The notes: generated from the sequence alone by a model not told the origin. A DNA stretch of 64,000 nt from Polyangiales bacterium (GCA_038231275.1 JBBRLQ010000031.1:1-64000), one strand, 5' to 3'; positions 1 through 10,876 are shown, counted from the first letter of the stretch. Numbers and translations: made by a program.

Positions 1-894
<894 letters not shown>

Positions 895-979
895 CGGAGC
901 GGGCGTCACGGTCTCTCCTCCGCGCGCCATCAGCCACTACGCGATCTACGGCGCCATCCTGCCGGACGCGGGCGCCTCG

Positions 980-2113
980 GTGTTCCATGGTCGCCTCGTC
1001 GGCGTCGCGGGCTTCTCGCGCACCGTCGCGCTGAAGCTCATCGATCCGCGCTGGGTCGAGGCGCACGGCGGCGCGCGCGCGTTCATGGAGCGCGCGCGCG
1101 AGCTGGGGCGGGTCCGTCACCCCAACGTCGTCCCGACGCTCGACGCGGTGATGGAAGAAGAGGAGCAGGTCTATCTGGTCGCCGAGTACGTCCCCGGCGA
1201 GACGCTCGATCGTCTCCTCGCGCCCCTCGCGCTTCGCGGTGAGCGCGTGCCGCCCCGCATCGCCTGCGCGCTCGTCGCCGGCATCTTGCGCGGCCTTCAC
1301 GCGGCGCACGAGGCGCGAGCGAGTCGCGGTGAGCCGCTCGGCATCGTCCACGGCGACGTCTCGCCGCGCAACGTGCTCGTCGGCGCAGACGGCGTGCCGC
1401 GCCTCCTCGACTTCGCGTTCCCGCGGCCGACGCTGCCGTATGTCGCGCCCGAGCAAGCGCACGGCGACGCGACGCCGCGCACCGACGTCTTCGGCGCGGG
1501 GATGATCTTGTGGGAGGCGCTCACGGGACGGAGCGCGCTCTTCGGCGAAGGCGACGCGGACACGGTCGACGGGCACGACGTCACGGTCGTGGAGGCGCCG
1601 AGCCGGCTCGTCCTCGGAGTGCCGCGCGAGGTCGACGTCATCACGCTGCGCGCGCTGCGGCGCGATCCGAACGAGCGGTACGCGTCGGCGAAGGACATGG
1701 CGAGGGATCTCGAGGCGTGCATCGGCGGATCGGCCGACAGCGAGATCGCTACGTGGGTCGAGGCCTGCGCGGGGCCCGAGCTGGCGCGCCGCGCGGCCGC
1801 GGTCGCCGCCATCGAGCACGCAGGCGCCGACGACGAGACCGAAGCCAGGCACGTCGCGCCTGCGCTGGCCATGCCTGTCCCCGCGTCGACGAGCAAGCTC
1901 CCGAAGGCGCCGCTCGACGAGACGATGCGCGCCCCTCGCGAGGAGGTCAATCAGGGAAGCGCGGTCCAGCTCCTCGCGTTCGCGTTCATCGGCTTCGCGG
2001 TGGTCGCGGTGGCCGGCTTCGTCGCGCTCATCGTGCGCGCGAACTCTTTGAGCGCGGAGCGCGCGCCGACGCCGAATCCCGCGGTCACTGCCGGGGACGC
2101 GTCGCACGACTGA
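980..2113 (+). CDS. Membrane-anchored Ser/Thr kinase-like protein, degenerate (probable pseudokinase)
   Basis: VALK, HPNVV, HGDVSPRN, DFA, YVAPEQ, DVFGAG motifs and a C-terminal TM helix. Start uncertain: kinase-like sequence continues in frame upstream to about 896. Confidence 0.8.
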   Translation: MFHGRLVGVAGFSRTVALKLIDPRWVEAHGGARAFMERARELGRVRHPNVVPTLDAVMEEEEQVYLVAEYVPGETLDRLLAPLALRGERVPPRIACALVAGILRGLHAAHEARASRGEPLGIVHGDVSPRNVLVGADGVPRLLDFAFPRPTLPYVAPEQAHGDATPRTDVFGAGMILWEALTGRSALFGEGDADTVDGHDVTVVEAPSRLVLGVPREVDVITLRALRRDPNERYASAKDMARDLEACIGGSADSEIATWVEACAGPELARRAAAVAAIEHAGADDETEARHVAPALAMPVPASTSKLPKAPLDETMRAPREEVNQGSAVQLLAFAFIGFAVVAVAGFVALIVRANSLSAERAPTPNPAVTAGDASHD

Positions 2114-2178
2114 CCATTTCCTCGTTTTTCAGGCCTCGCGCACTTGCGCGACGACCCTCGCGGCCCAATTCTAGGGCC

Positions 2179-2224
2179 CTTCCCGGTCTTCCCGGTCTTC
2201 CCGGTCTTCCCCGTCTCTCCCGGT
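2179..2224. repeat. 9-bp tandem repeat (CTTCCCGGT)x3 plus two degenerate copies, immediately upstream of mutS2
   Basis: Perfect copies at 2179, 2188 and 2197; degenerate copies at 2206 and 2215. Confidence 0.85.
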
Positions 2225-2229
2225 TCACC

Positions 2230-4623
2230 ATGGCTTCCCTCCTCTCCCCTTGCCCCACCAAGACCCGCGCCGACCTCGAGTGGCCGCGCCTCACAGCCGC
2301 GCTCGCCGAGCGCTGCGCGAGCCCGCTCGGCCAGCGCCTCGCGCGCGAATTGCCGTTCGGCGCGACGCACGAGGGTGTCCGCGCGCTGCTCGCGGAGAGC
2401 CAGGAGGCCACGCGCCTCGCCGAGCGGGGTGAGCCGTTGCCCGGCGCCGCGGTCCCCGACGTCGCCGAGGGGATCGATCGCCTCCGCGCGTCCGGCGTGC
2501 TGGGGCCGGAGGAGCTGCGCCACATCGCGCGCATGCTCTTGATGGCACGTTCGCTCCGGCGCTTCCTCGGAAGCCGCCGCGAGACCTGCTCGGCGATCCT
2601 CGCCGCGTGCGCGACCGATCCCACGCTCGACGACGCGGCCGAAGAGGTCGCGGGCGCGTTCGACCCCGACGGCACGTTGAGCGACAAGGCGAGCCCGCGC
2701 CTCCGCGAGCTGCGCGGCGAGTACCAGGCCTCGCGCGCGCGCATGCTGTCGCGACTCGAAGACCTGATGACCCGCTACTCGGCGATCCTCCAGGATCGCT
2801 TCGTCACCGAGCGCGAGGGGCGGTACGTCATTCCGGTCCGCTCCGACTCGCACGAGCGCTTCCCCGGCATCGTGCACTCCGCGAGCGCCAGCGGATCCAC
2901 GCTCTTCGTCGAGCCGCGCGCGGTCATCCCGATGGGCAACCGCCTCAAGATGCTCGAGGCCGACGTAGTACGCGAGGAGCTCGCGATCTACGCGCGCCTC
3001 TCCGCGGTGCTGGCCGACGTCCTCCCCAGCATCGAGGCGTGCGCAGCCGCCCTCGCGCGCGCCGACGTGCTCTTCGCGACGGGGCGCCTCGCGGCGGATC
3101 TCAAGCTCTCGTTCCCGACCGTCACCGACGACGCCGTCCTCGATCTGAAGGGCGCGCGCCATCCGCTCCTCGTTCTGGATCTACCGGACGTCGTCGCCAG
3201 CGATCTCTCCGTGAAGAGCGGCCACGCCATGGTCGTGAGCGGCCCGAACGCCGGCGGCAAGACCGTCGCGCTGAAGACGATGGGCCTCGCTGCGCTCATG
3301 ATCCGCGCCGGCCTGCCGATCCCCGCCGATCCGTCGAGCACGGTCGGCATCTTCCAGCTCGTCCTGTCCGACGTGGGCGACGATCAGAGCCTCTACAAGA
3401 ACTTGTCGACGTTCAGCGCGCACGTCAAAAACCTCGCGGCGATCCTCGAGGACGCCCAGCCCGGAGCGATCGTCCTCCTCGACGAGATCGCGACCGGCAC
3501 CGACCCGCGCGAGGGCGAGGCGCTGGCCGCCGGTGTCCTCGACTCGCTCTGTGCGCGCGGAGCCGCGGTCGCCGCCACGACGCACTACGAGGGCCTGAAG
3601 GCGCTCGCGCTGGCCGATCCGCGCTTCGTCAACGCCAGCGTCGGCTTCGATCTCGCAACGATGACGCCGACGTTCCGCCTCGCGATGGGCGTGCCCGGCA
3701 GCTCGAGCGCCCTCGCGGTCGCGCGGCGCTTCGGCCTCCCGTCCACTGTCATCGAGCGCGCGACGCGCTTTCTCTCGCGCGAAGAGCAAGGCTTCGAAGA
3801 TCTCGTGCGCAAGCTGAACGACGAGCGCGCCGCGGTGGACCTCGCGCGTCAGGCCGCGACCGCGCGCGAGCGAGAGGCGGAGCTCTTGCGCGATCGGCTC
3901 GCGGTGGAGCTCGCCGACGCGAAGGATCGCGAGAAGCGCACGCTCTCGCGCGAGGCCGAGCAACTCATGGCGAGCGTTCGGCGCGCGCGTGAGGAGCTCC
4001 GCGTCGTACAGCAGCGCCTCCGCGCGAAGAAGCTCGACGAGCCTGCCGCGCGCGACGCGATGAAGACCCTCGACCGCATCGCCGCCGAGGTCGCCCTGGG
4101 CAGCGAGATCGAGGCGCTCGTCGCAAAGCCGCAGCCCGACCGCGAGCCTCTGCGCAAGGGCGAGCTCCGCCGAGGCGCCAAGGTCTACGTCCCGCGCCTC
4201 CGTGCAGAGGCCGAAGTGGTGGACGTGAACGGCGACAGCGTGCGCGTCGCGGCCGGCGCCATCAAGCTCACCGTCCCATTCGCCGAGCTGCGCGCGACGA
4301 CGCCGATCGAGCCCACGCGTGCCGCCGCGCGACCCGGCCGGAACGACACCTCTGCGTCCTTCGAGGTCGCGCTACAAACCGGCGACAACTCCGTCGACCT
4401 TCGGGGCCTCCGCACCGACGACGCGCTCTCACTCGCGGTCACGTTCCTTGACCGCAGCCTCAACGACGGCCGCAGAGTGGCGTTCTTGGTCCACGGCCAC
4501 GGCACCGGCGCGCTCCGCGACGCGATCCGTCGGGACCTCCGGGGGAGCCCTTACGTCGCACAGTTTCGCCCGGGGGAATCGAGCGAGGGCGGCGACGGCG
4601 TCACCATCGTGTGGTTGCGATAG
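2230..4623 (+). CDS. mutS2: Endonuclease MutS2 (MutS ATPase plus Smr domain)
   Basis: DLEW N-terminus, SGSTLFVEP, GPNAGGKT Walker A, LSTFSAH, LLDEIATGTDP, C-terminal Smr motif HGHGTG. ATG at 2230 within the 1510-4623 ORF. Confidence 0.93.
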   Translation: MASLLSPCPTKTRADLEWPRLTAALAERCASPLGQRLARELPFGATHEGVRALLAESQEATRLAERGEPLPGAAVPDVAEGIDRLRASGVLGPEELRHIARMLLMARSLRRFLGSRRETCSAILAACATDPTLDDAAEEVAGAFDPDGTLSDKASPRLRELRGEYQASRARMLSRLEDLMTRYSAILQDRFVTEREGRYVIPVRSDSHERFPGIVHSASASGSTLFVEPRAVIPMGNRLKMLEADVVREELAIYARLSAVLADVLPSIEACAAALARADVLFATGRLAADLKLSFPTVTDDAVLDLKGARHPLLVLDLPDVVASDLSVKSGHAMVVSGPNAGGKTVALKTMGLAALMIRAGLPIPADPSSTVGIFQLVLSDVGDDQSLYKNLSTFSAHVKNLAAILEDAQPGAIVLLDEIATGTDPREGEALAAGVLDSLCARGAAVAATTHYEGLKALALADPRFVNASVGFDLATMTPTFRLAMGVPGSSSALAVARRFGLPSTVIERATRFLSREEQGFEDLVRKLNDERAAVDLARQAATAREREAELLRDRLAVELADAKDREKRTLSREAEQLMASVRRAREELRVVQQRLRAKKLDEPAARDAMKTLDRIAAEVALGSEIEALVAKPQPDREPLRKGELRRGAKVYVPRLRAEAEVVDVNGDSVRVAAGAIKLTVPFAELRATTPIEPTRAAARPGRNDTSASFEVALQTGDNSVDLRGLRTDDALSLAVTFLDRSLNDGRRVAFLVHGHGTGALRDAIRRDLRGSPYVAQFRPGESSEGGDGVTIVWLR

Positions 4624-4709
4624 CGCGCCGTACGACATTCGGGTCGTGCCCGCCGCGCACGAACGTACACTGTAAACCTGGAAGTCACGCCATTCGCGAG
4701 CGTGCGACA

Positions 4710-4725
4710 CGGCATGCCCATTGCT
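4710..4725 (+). promoter_or_regulatory. Putative sigma54 (-24/-12) promoter
   Basis: CGGCATGCCCATTGCT matches TGGCACG-N4-TTGCW with exact GG/GC spacing, 57 bp upstream of the next ATG. Confidence 0.6.
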
Positions 4726-4781
4726 GAGGGAGCCGCAGTCCCTGACGGCTCGTGACCCCTTTCTTTTTCGAGGTTTTCCCA

Positions 4782-5267
4782 ATGCTATGGAAATTTGCGC
4801 GTCGGTCGATTGTGGCGACCCGCTTGCTCGCGGGCGCTGGCGTCCTCGCGACCTTCGCCGCCTGCACGCATTCGACACCGTCGAGTGCGGCGTCGGCGTG
4901 CAACACGGATCCCTTCTCATGTGGCCCCGGAAAGACGTGCTTGGGCCCTTTAGGCTCCATCGCCTCCGGCGGGCTGACCTTCGTCTACGAGTGCGTCGCG
5001 AGCGGCACGGGCAAGGAGGGCGACACGTGCCAGGACACGTTCGGGACACCGGACGCCACGACGTGTGGAGAGGGTCTGTACTGCTACCAGTCGCAGTCGC
5101 GTCCCGGACCCGCGCGGTGCGTCGCCTTTTGTGATGCCGCGCACGCCTGCGCGTCGCCGAGCGCCGCGTGCTCGTCCTACCCGGGCGATGGGAGCATGCC
5201 CAGCGTTCGCGTTTGCCTCGACCCGAGAGTCCCTGCGGATGCAGGAGCCGCCGACGCGTCGAAGTGA
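4782..5267 (+). CDS. Cys-rich secreted lipoprotein
   Basis: Signal peptide ending in FAAC lipobox; many paired Cys; DAG-type tail. Confidence 0.7.
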   Translation: MLWKFARRSIVATRLLAGAGVLATFAACTHSTPSSAASACNTDPFSCGPGKTCLGPLGSIASGGLTFVYECVASGTGKEGDTCQDTFGTPDATTCGEGLYCYQSQSRPGPARCVAFCDAAHACASPSAACSSYPGDGSMPSVRVCLDPRVPADAGAADASK

Positions 5268-5307
5268 CGGCGGCACGACCGAGGGTCAGCTGCGCGAACG
5301 CGGGGCC

Positions 5308-6954
5308 CTAGACGCTGATCGCCCCCTTGCGAAAATCGCTCGCTGCGATCTTCACGTTCACGCACGCCGGCTTTCGTTCGCTGCGCGCGTAGGCGAACGC
5401 AGCGTCGAGCGCGGGGCCGATCTCCTCCGCCTTCTCTACCCAGAAGCCCTTGCCGCCGCACGCGTCCACGACCTTGTCGTAGCGCGTGTACTCGAGCGCG
5501 GTCGCCGGCGCGCGCTCGGGGCCGTACATCTCGACCTGGCCGCGGCGGATCTGCGTCCACGCGGCGTCGTTGCCGATGAGCGCCACGCAGGGAATTTTCT
5601 GGCGCGCCATCGCCTCGAGCTCCATCGCGTGGAGGCCGAAGCTGCCGTCGCCGTAGACGAGCACCGTCATCGCGTCGGGGCGCGCGAGCTGCGCGGCCAT
5701 CGCGTAGCCGGGGCCGACGCCGAGCGTCCCGAGCGGGCCGGGGTCCATCCACAGCTGCGGCCACTCCATCTTGAGAACGTTCGCCGCGGTCGCGACGAAA
5801 TCGCCGCCGTCGCCGATGACGACGTCGTTCTTGCCGAGACGCTTGCCGAGCTCCGCGCACACGCGAAGCGGATTCGGCGGCGACGCGTTCGACTCGATCT
5901 CCGCGGTCATCTTCGCGCGGCGCTTCGTCTCCTCCGCGCGCACGGCGTCGAGCCACGGCTGCGCCTTCTTGGTCCCGACCGCCGCCACGAGCTGCTCGAG
6001 GACGAGCCCGCTGTCGCCGTGAATCCCCACCTCGACGGCGCGGTTGCGACCGAGCTCGCCGCCGTCCAGATCCACCTGCACGATCTTGACGCCGTCGGCC
6101 CACGTCGGCGAGCGGCCGTAGTCGACGCGAAAATCGAACGGCGTGCCGAAGATGAAGACCACGTCGGCTTGCGCAAGAGCGAACTTGCGCGAGCGCGAGA
6201 AGACGCCGGTGTGCTCGATGGGCAGCGCGCCGCGGGCCATGCCATTCAAGTAGAACGGCACGCCGAACGCGTCGGCCGCCTTCTTCACAGCCTCACGGTG
6301 CGGCGACCAGCGGATCTGCGATCCCACGAGGAAACACGGCCTCTCCGCGTTCTTCAACAGCTCGGCGGCGCGCGCGATGGACCGTGCGTCGCCGGCCGGA
6401 CGCGGCGGCGCCTCGAACGGCTTCGTCGCCGGGAGATCGTTCTCTTCGTGATAGTTCATCAAGAGATCGAGCGGCATCTCCAGGAAGACCGGCCCCGGCA
6501 GGTTCGACTGCGCCACGCGGAATGCGGCGTCGATGTACTCGGCGATGCGCCGCGTCTCGGGCACCTGCACGCTCCACTTGGTGATGGGGCGCATCAACGT
6601 CACGCAGTCCATGTCTTGCAGCGAGCCCATGTCACACAGGAGCTTGGGCCCCGCGCCGCCGATGCAAATCATCGGGATGCCCGCGCGCTGCGCGTTGGCG
6701 ACGGCGGTGACCACGTCGGTGACGCCAGGTCCCGCGGTCACCGCGCACACGCCAGGTCGACCGGTCGCGCGCGCGTAGCCGTCGGCGGCGTGGCCGGCGG
6801 TCTGCTCGTGACGCACGTCGACCACGCGGATCTGCTCGTCGAGGCAGCCGTCGTAGATCGCCTGGATGTGACCGCCGCAGAGCGTGAAGAGGTGCGTCGT
6901 GCCGTGACGCTTCAGCGCCTGCGCGACCAGGCGTCCGCCGTGAACCATTCCCAT
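5308..6954 (-). CDS. Thiamine diphosphate enzyme, ILVBL/2-hydroxyacyl-CoA lyase-like (acetolactate synthase-like family)
   Basis: FTLCGGH, VRHEQTA, TAGPG, ThDP motif GDGSFG...GNDAAW, C-terminal DFRKGAISV; SD GGAGG upstream. Confidence 0.88.
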   Translation of the reverse strand: MGMVHGGRLVAQALKRHGTTHLFTLCGGHIQAIYDGCLDEQIRVVDVRHEQTAGHAADGYARATGRPGVCAVTAGPGVTDVVTAVANAQRAGIPMICIGGAGPKLLCDMGSLQDMDCVTLMRPITKWSVQVPETRRIAEYIDAAFRVAQSNLPGPVFLEMPLDLLMNYHEENDLPATKPFEAPPRPAGDARSIARAAELLKNAERPCFLVGSQIRWSPHREAVKKAADAFGVPFYLNGMARGALPIEHTGVFSRSRKFALAQADVVFIFGTPFDFRVDYGRSPTWADGVKIVQVDLDGGELGRNRAVEVGIHGDSGLVLEQLVAAVGTKKAQPWLDAVRAEETKRRAKMTAEIESNASPPNPLRVCAELGKRLGKNDVVIGDGGDFVATAANVLKMEWPQLWMDPGPLGTLGVGPGYAMAAQLARPDAMTVLVYGDGSFGLHAMELEAMARQKIPCVALIGNDAAWTQIRRGQVEMYGPERAPATALEYTRYDKVVDACGGKGFWVEKAEEIGPALDAAFAYARSERKPACVNVKIAASDFRKGAISV

Positions 6955-7008
6955 GAGACCTCCAAAGAGCGGGAAGCCTAGCCGAAGACGCGTCCGAATG
7001 GTCCCGAT

Positions 7009-8034
7009 CTAGTCCGCCGAGACCTGGATCTTGCCGCTGACGATGTCGGCCTTCAGGAGCTCCACGGCCTTCTTGACGTCCTCGGGGATGCGCGCGGCGT
7101 GCGGGCCTTCATGGACATAATCGATGGCGCCGTCCTTCACCCCGAACACGTGCATGCCGGACACGAATTTCCCGTCGACCGCCGACTGGATCGTGTCGAA
7201 GACCGCGACGTCGCCGCGCTTCACCATGCTAGTGACCACCGTGTCGGGCATCTCGTCGTGCTGATCGGCGTCGACGCCGATCGCCATCACGTGCGCGTCG
7301 TGCGCCGCCTCGAAGACGCCGTGCCCAGTGGCGCCGGCCGCGTGGTAGACGATGTCGGCGCCCGCGGAAATCTGCGCGATCGCGAGCGCCTTGCCCTTCG
7401 ACGGATCCTTGAACGCGTCGGGGGACGCGCCGACGTACGCGGCGTGGACCACGCACTCCGGGCACGACGCCTTCACGCCCGCCTCGAAGCCCGCCTCGAA
7501 CTTGCGGATGAGCGGGTTCTTCATGCCGCCGACGAAGCCTGCGTGGTGCGTCTTGGTCAGTAGCCCCGCGACCGCGCCGACGAGGAACGAGCCTTCTTCT
7601 TCGCGAAACACCAGGCCGGCGACGTTGGGTGGAGGCCCGGCGGGACCGGGCGCGTAGTCGATGCATGCAAAGTGCACATTTGGATAGCTCTTCGCCACGG
7701 CGTCCACGTCGCTCGAGAAGATGAAGCCGACGCCGATGACGAGGTCGAGCCCGCGCGACGCGAAGAGGCGGAGCGCGGCCTCGCGATCTTCGCTCCCGAC
7801 CGGCTCGAGGAAGGAGATGGCGACGCCCAGCTCCTTCTCGGCGCGGAGGAGGCCGGCGTAGGCGGCGTCGTTGAAGCTCTTGTCGCCGCGGCCGCCGACG
7901 TCGAAGACGAGGCCGATCCTGGCGCGCGCGGACGTGGTCGTGACGGCGTCCTTCGCCTTGCGCGACGGCAGGAAGGTGAGCGCCGCGCCGGCGGCGACGA
8001 GGAGCAGCGTCGCCGTCACCGGCCCGATCTTCAC
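7009..8034 (-). CDS. BMP/PnrA-family substrate-binding protein
   Basis: DVGGRGDKSFN, FREEEGSFLVG, AIGVDADQ, SMVKR motifs. Confidence 0.9.
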   Translation of the reverse strand: MKIGPVTATLLLVAAGAALTFLPSRKAKDAVTTTSARARIGLVFDVGGRGDKSFNDAAYAGLLRAEKELGVAISFLEPVGSEDREAALRLFASRGLDLVIGVGFIFSSDVDAVAKSYPNVHFACIDYAPGPAGPPPNVAGLVFREEEGSFLVGAVAGLLTKTHHAGFVGGMKNPLIRKFEAGFEAGVKASCPECVVHAAYVGASPDAFKDPSKGKALAIAQISAGADIVYHAAGATGHGVFEAAHDAHVMAIGVDADQHDEMPDTVVTSMVKRGDVAVFDTIQSAVDGKFVSGMHVFGVKDGAIDYVHEGPHAARIPEDVKKAVELLKADIVSGKIQVSAD

Positions 8035-9008
8035 ACGCTCTCCTCATGCGCGGCCGGTTGGGTGCGGACGCTCTTCGCCACCGCGAGGCCCCGCCCATCG
8101 CCGCGCGAGTCGGGCTCGATGAAGATCTTGCGCATCTGCGGCATCACCGAACGGATGCGGCGCTCCATCTCGTTGATGGTCTCCTCGACCTCCTCGACCT
8201 CCATCTTGGCGCGGAAGGCGACCTTCATCGAGAGGATGATCTCGTCGGGACCGAGGTGCATCGTGAGGATCTGCGTGATGCGCGCGACGCCCGGCGTACC
8301 CTCGGCGATCTCGATGACGCGGCCCTGCTCCTCCGGCGCGGCGCTCTCGCCGATGAGGAGGCCGTGGGTGATCTTGGCGAGCGCGTAGGCGACCGTGCAC
8401 AGGAGCGCGCCGATGATGACCGAGCCTAGAGAGTCCCAGATCTCCATGCGGGTCAGCTGCGACAGGCCGACCGCGATGAGCGCGACGGTGAGGCCGGCGA
8501 GCGCCGTCGCGTCCTCGGCGAGGACGAGCGGGATCGTCGGGTCGCGCGTCTCCATGATCGCCTGGCGCCAAGATTTGCCCTTCAGCATCACGCGGAACTC
8601 ACGGAAGGCGACGCGGAAGCTGAGGCTCTCGAAGAGGAACGACACGCCGAGGACGCCGTAGCTCCACAGCGGCGAGCCGACGTGGGTTGGGGGCGTGAGC
8701 ACATGGCTGATCCCGTCCCATATCGCGAAGGCGCCGCCGACAGAGAAGAGGATGAGCGCGACGACGAACGGCCAGAAATATTTCTCGGTCGCGCGGCCGA
8801 AGGCAAAGCGATCGTCGGCGGGCCTCGCGGCGAGGCGCAGCCCAACCAGCAGAAGGGCCTGGTTGCCGGTGTCGGCGAGCGAGTGCACTGCCTCCGCGAG
8901 CGTCGAGGTCGATTCTGACATGTACGCCGCGCCGAACTTGCAGATCGCGATCGCGATGTTGCCGACGAGCGCGGCGACTACGACCTTCTTGCTGTCGGCG
9001 CCGCTCAT
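8031..9008 (-). CDS. Cation diffusion facilitator family transporter
   Basis: EAVHSLADTGNQ and LAEDATA metal-site helices, about six TMs, C-terminal dimerisation domain (IFIEPD). Confidence 0.9.
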   Translation of the reverse strand: MSGADSKKVVVAALVGNIAIAICKFGAAYMSESTSTLAEAVHSLADTGNQALLLVGLRLAARPADDRFAFGRATEKYFWPFVVALILFSVGGAFAIWDGISHVLTPPTHVGSPLWSYGVLGVSFLFESLSFRVAFREFRVMLKGKSWRQAIMETRDPTIPLVLAEDATALAGLTVALIAVGLSQLTRMEIWDSLGSVIIGALLCTVAYALAKITHGLLIGESAAPEEQGRVIEIAEGTPGVARITQILTMHLGPDEIILSMKVAFRAKMEVEEVEETINEMERRIRSVMPQMRKIFIEPDSRGDGRGLAVAKSVRTQPAAHEESV

Positions 9009-9009
9009 G

Positions 9010-9732
9010 TCACTTGCCGGCCGGGACGCTGACGATCTTCACGCGGGTGCGCGCGGCTTGCAAGAAGCCGCTCTCCGCCTGGCGGAGGCGCTCGCCGACG
9101 AGCCATCGCTGGAAGCGCTCGCGCACGTCGTCGAGCTTCTGGCCCTTGTAGGGGTGCGCGTCGGTGCGGAAGACCTCTCGGATTTCCTCCTCGGTCGGGC
9201 GCAAGATCGACGTGACCGAGCGATCGACGTAGATCGCCGCGCGGACCTGCCTCTTGAGGAGGGCCTCGACCTCCGTCTCTTCGATGCCCTCGGCGGCCAT
9301 CGCGGCGGAGAACGGCGCTTGACCGCCGACCCGATCGACGAGCGAGACGCGCGCGCGACGGACGAGGCCGGGGAGATCGCGCGGGTCGGCGCCGTGCTCG
9401 ACCATGAGCGTGGCGAGGAGCTCTTCGGCGACGTGGCGCTCGGTGGCCGCGCGGACGTGGCGCTCCTGGTAGGGACCGGCGTTGCCGAAGGTGCTGTCCT
9501 CACCGAGCGCCTCGAGGCGCGACTCGAAGGCGAGCTCGCGCTCGGTGATGAAGCGAGGCCGCGACGAGCCGCCGGTCTCGGGAGACCAGAAGCGAACCGC
9601 GATGCGATCGACGGACGCGCGCGCCGCCGGCGGCTCTTGTGCCGACGCCGGCCCGGCGCCCGCGGCGAGGAGCGTCAATGGCATCAGACCCGTCAGAAGA
9701 CGCGCCCGAAGGACGCGGCGAACCGCGCTCAC
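9010..9732 (-). CDS. Exported hypothetical protein, possibly SurA N-terminal-like
   Basis: GTG overlaps the upstream TGA (GTGA); signal peptide ending ASA; VDRIAV...ITEREL resembles the SurA N-terminus. Confidence 0.65.
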   Translation of the reverse strand: MSAVRRVLRARLLTGLMPLTLLAAGAGPASAQEPPAARASVDRIAVRFWSPETGGSSRPRFITERELAFESRLEALGEDSTFGNAGPYQERHVRAATERHVAEELLATLMVEHGADPRDLPGLVRRARVSLVDRVGGQAPFSAAMAAEGIEETEVEALLKRQVRAAIYVDRSVTSILRPTEEEIREVFRTDAHPYKGQKLDDVRERFQRWLVGERLRQAESGFLQAARTRVKIVSVPAGK

Positions 9733-10622
9733 GTCCCCTGTCCCCCGCCCTCTCCTTCGGCGGTGAGCTTGGTGCCACGAACGCTCGCGGCCGCGGCCTC
9801 GATGCGCTCCTGCATCTGGTGTTCGTGGTGGTGCGCGAAGCCGCGGGCGGCGCGGCGGGCCTTCAGGAACTCGGCGAACGAGACGAGCGTCTCGAGCTCG
9901 CGCGGACCGAGCCCTTCGGCGAGCTCGCGCAGGTGCTGGCGGCTCGCCTCGGCGTTGCGCGTGCGGCGACCGCTCGCCGATTTGGGACCTTCGCCGTCTA
10001 TCCCGGCTGCTGCGTTGGCCGCGGCGGCGGCGGCGAGCGCGGCGCTCGAGACGCTCGGCGAGCTGCCACGATCGGAGAACGGCCCGAGGCTGTCGGGCGC
10101 CGCGTCTTCGGCCGACGGAGGGCCGTCTCCCCACGTGGGTCGCGGCGTCGCCTTGATCGCGTGCGCGTTGAGCCACGCCTCCATGAAGGTACGAAGGCGC
10201 TCGCTGCGAAACTGGAACCAGCGCTCACGCTCCGTCGCGAACGACATGAGCACGTCCTTGAACCGCCGGAACGCCCCCTTGCCGTCGATGGCCTGGGTCA
10301 GCTTCCCGCGCAGGTCGAGATCCTCGACCATCGGGATGAAGCGCTCCATCCAACGGTACTGCTCGCGCGAGCTCACCGGATCGATGCGGAGGTAGTTGCC
10401 GTCGGACGCGATGCGCACGTGCATCTGCGGATCGGCTACGCCGTCGACGACGCGCAGCACTTCACCCGTCGTCAGGTGGAGGTACGAGTGCACCTCCGGC
10501 GCGTTGTTCTCGAAGGCGTCCTCGAGCGCCTCCCAGTCGACAGGCACGTCGCGGATCGGTCCCGTGGGGACGGCCGCCGTCTGAGACCCTGCACTGGCGT
10601 GCGAGGGATCCTTTTGCGTCAT
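9729..10622 (-). CDS. UPF0158 family protein
   Basis: YLHLTTGEV, YRWMERFI, AIDGKGAFRRFKD, WFQFR...AWL motifs; SD GGGAG upstream of the ATG. Confidence 0.85.
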   Translation of the reverse strand: MTQKDPSHASAGSQTAAVPTGPIRDVPVDWEALEDAFENNAPEVHSYLHLTTGEVLRVVDGVADPQMHVRIASDGNYLRIDPVSSREQYRWMERFIPMVEDLDLRGKLTQAIDGKGAFRRFKDVLMSFATERERWFQFRSERLRTFMEAWLNAHAIKATPRPTWGDGPPSAEDAAPDSLGPFSDRGSSPSVSSAALAAAAAANAAAGIDGEGPKSASGRRTRNAEASRQHLRELAEGLGPRELETLVSFAEFLKARRAARGFAHHHEHQMQERIEAAAASVRGTKLTAEGEGGGQGT

Positions 10623-10876
10623 AGTCTCTCCCTTCGAAGCAGAGAAGCGGCAGGACCTCGAAGAGAGGCGCCTGCTCCATGGAAAGAAAGTCGAACGTCG
10701 ATCTCGCGTGCGCGATGCCTTCGGCGGGCTGGGCCGAACGAAACGTGACGCGCCAGGTTCTCGGATTTCGATGCCGTGGACCCGGACCATGTAGCGTCGC
10801 ATGGCGCGAGCCTCTCTGGAAGAGGGTGTCGCGGCCTTGTGCGACATCGTCACACAAACCTCTTCTGGAAGCCTCC

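Noticed and set aside
1510..2229. 240-aa N-terminal extension on MutS2 in the 1037-aa ORF
   Set aside because: Arg-rich shadow frame overlapping the kinase gene; MutS2 similarity starts at ATG 2230.
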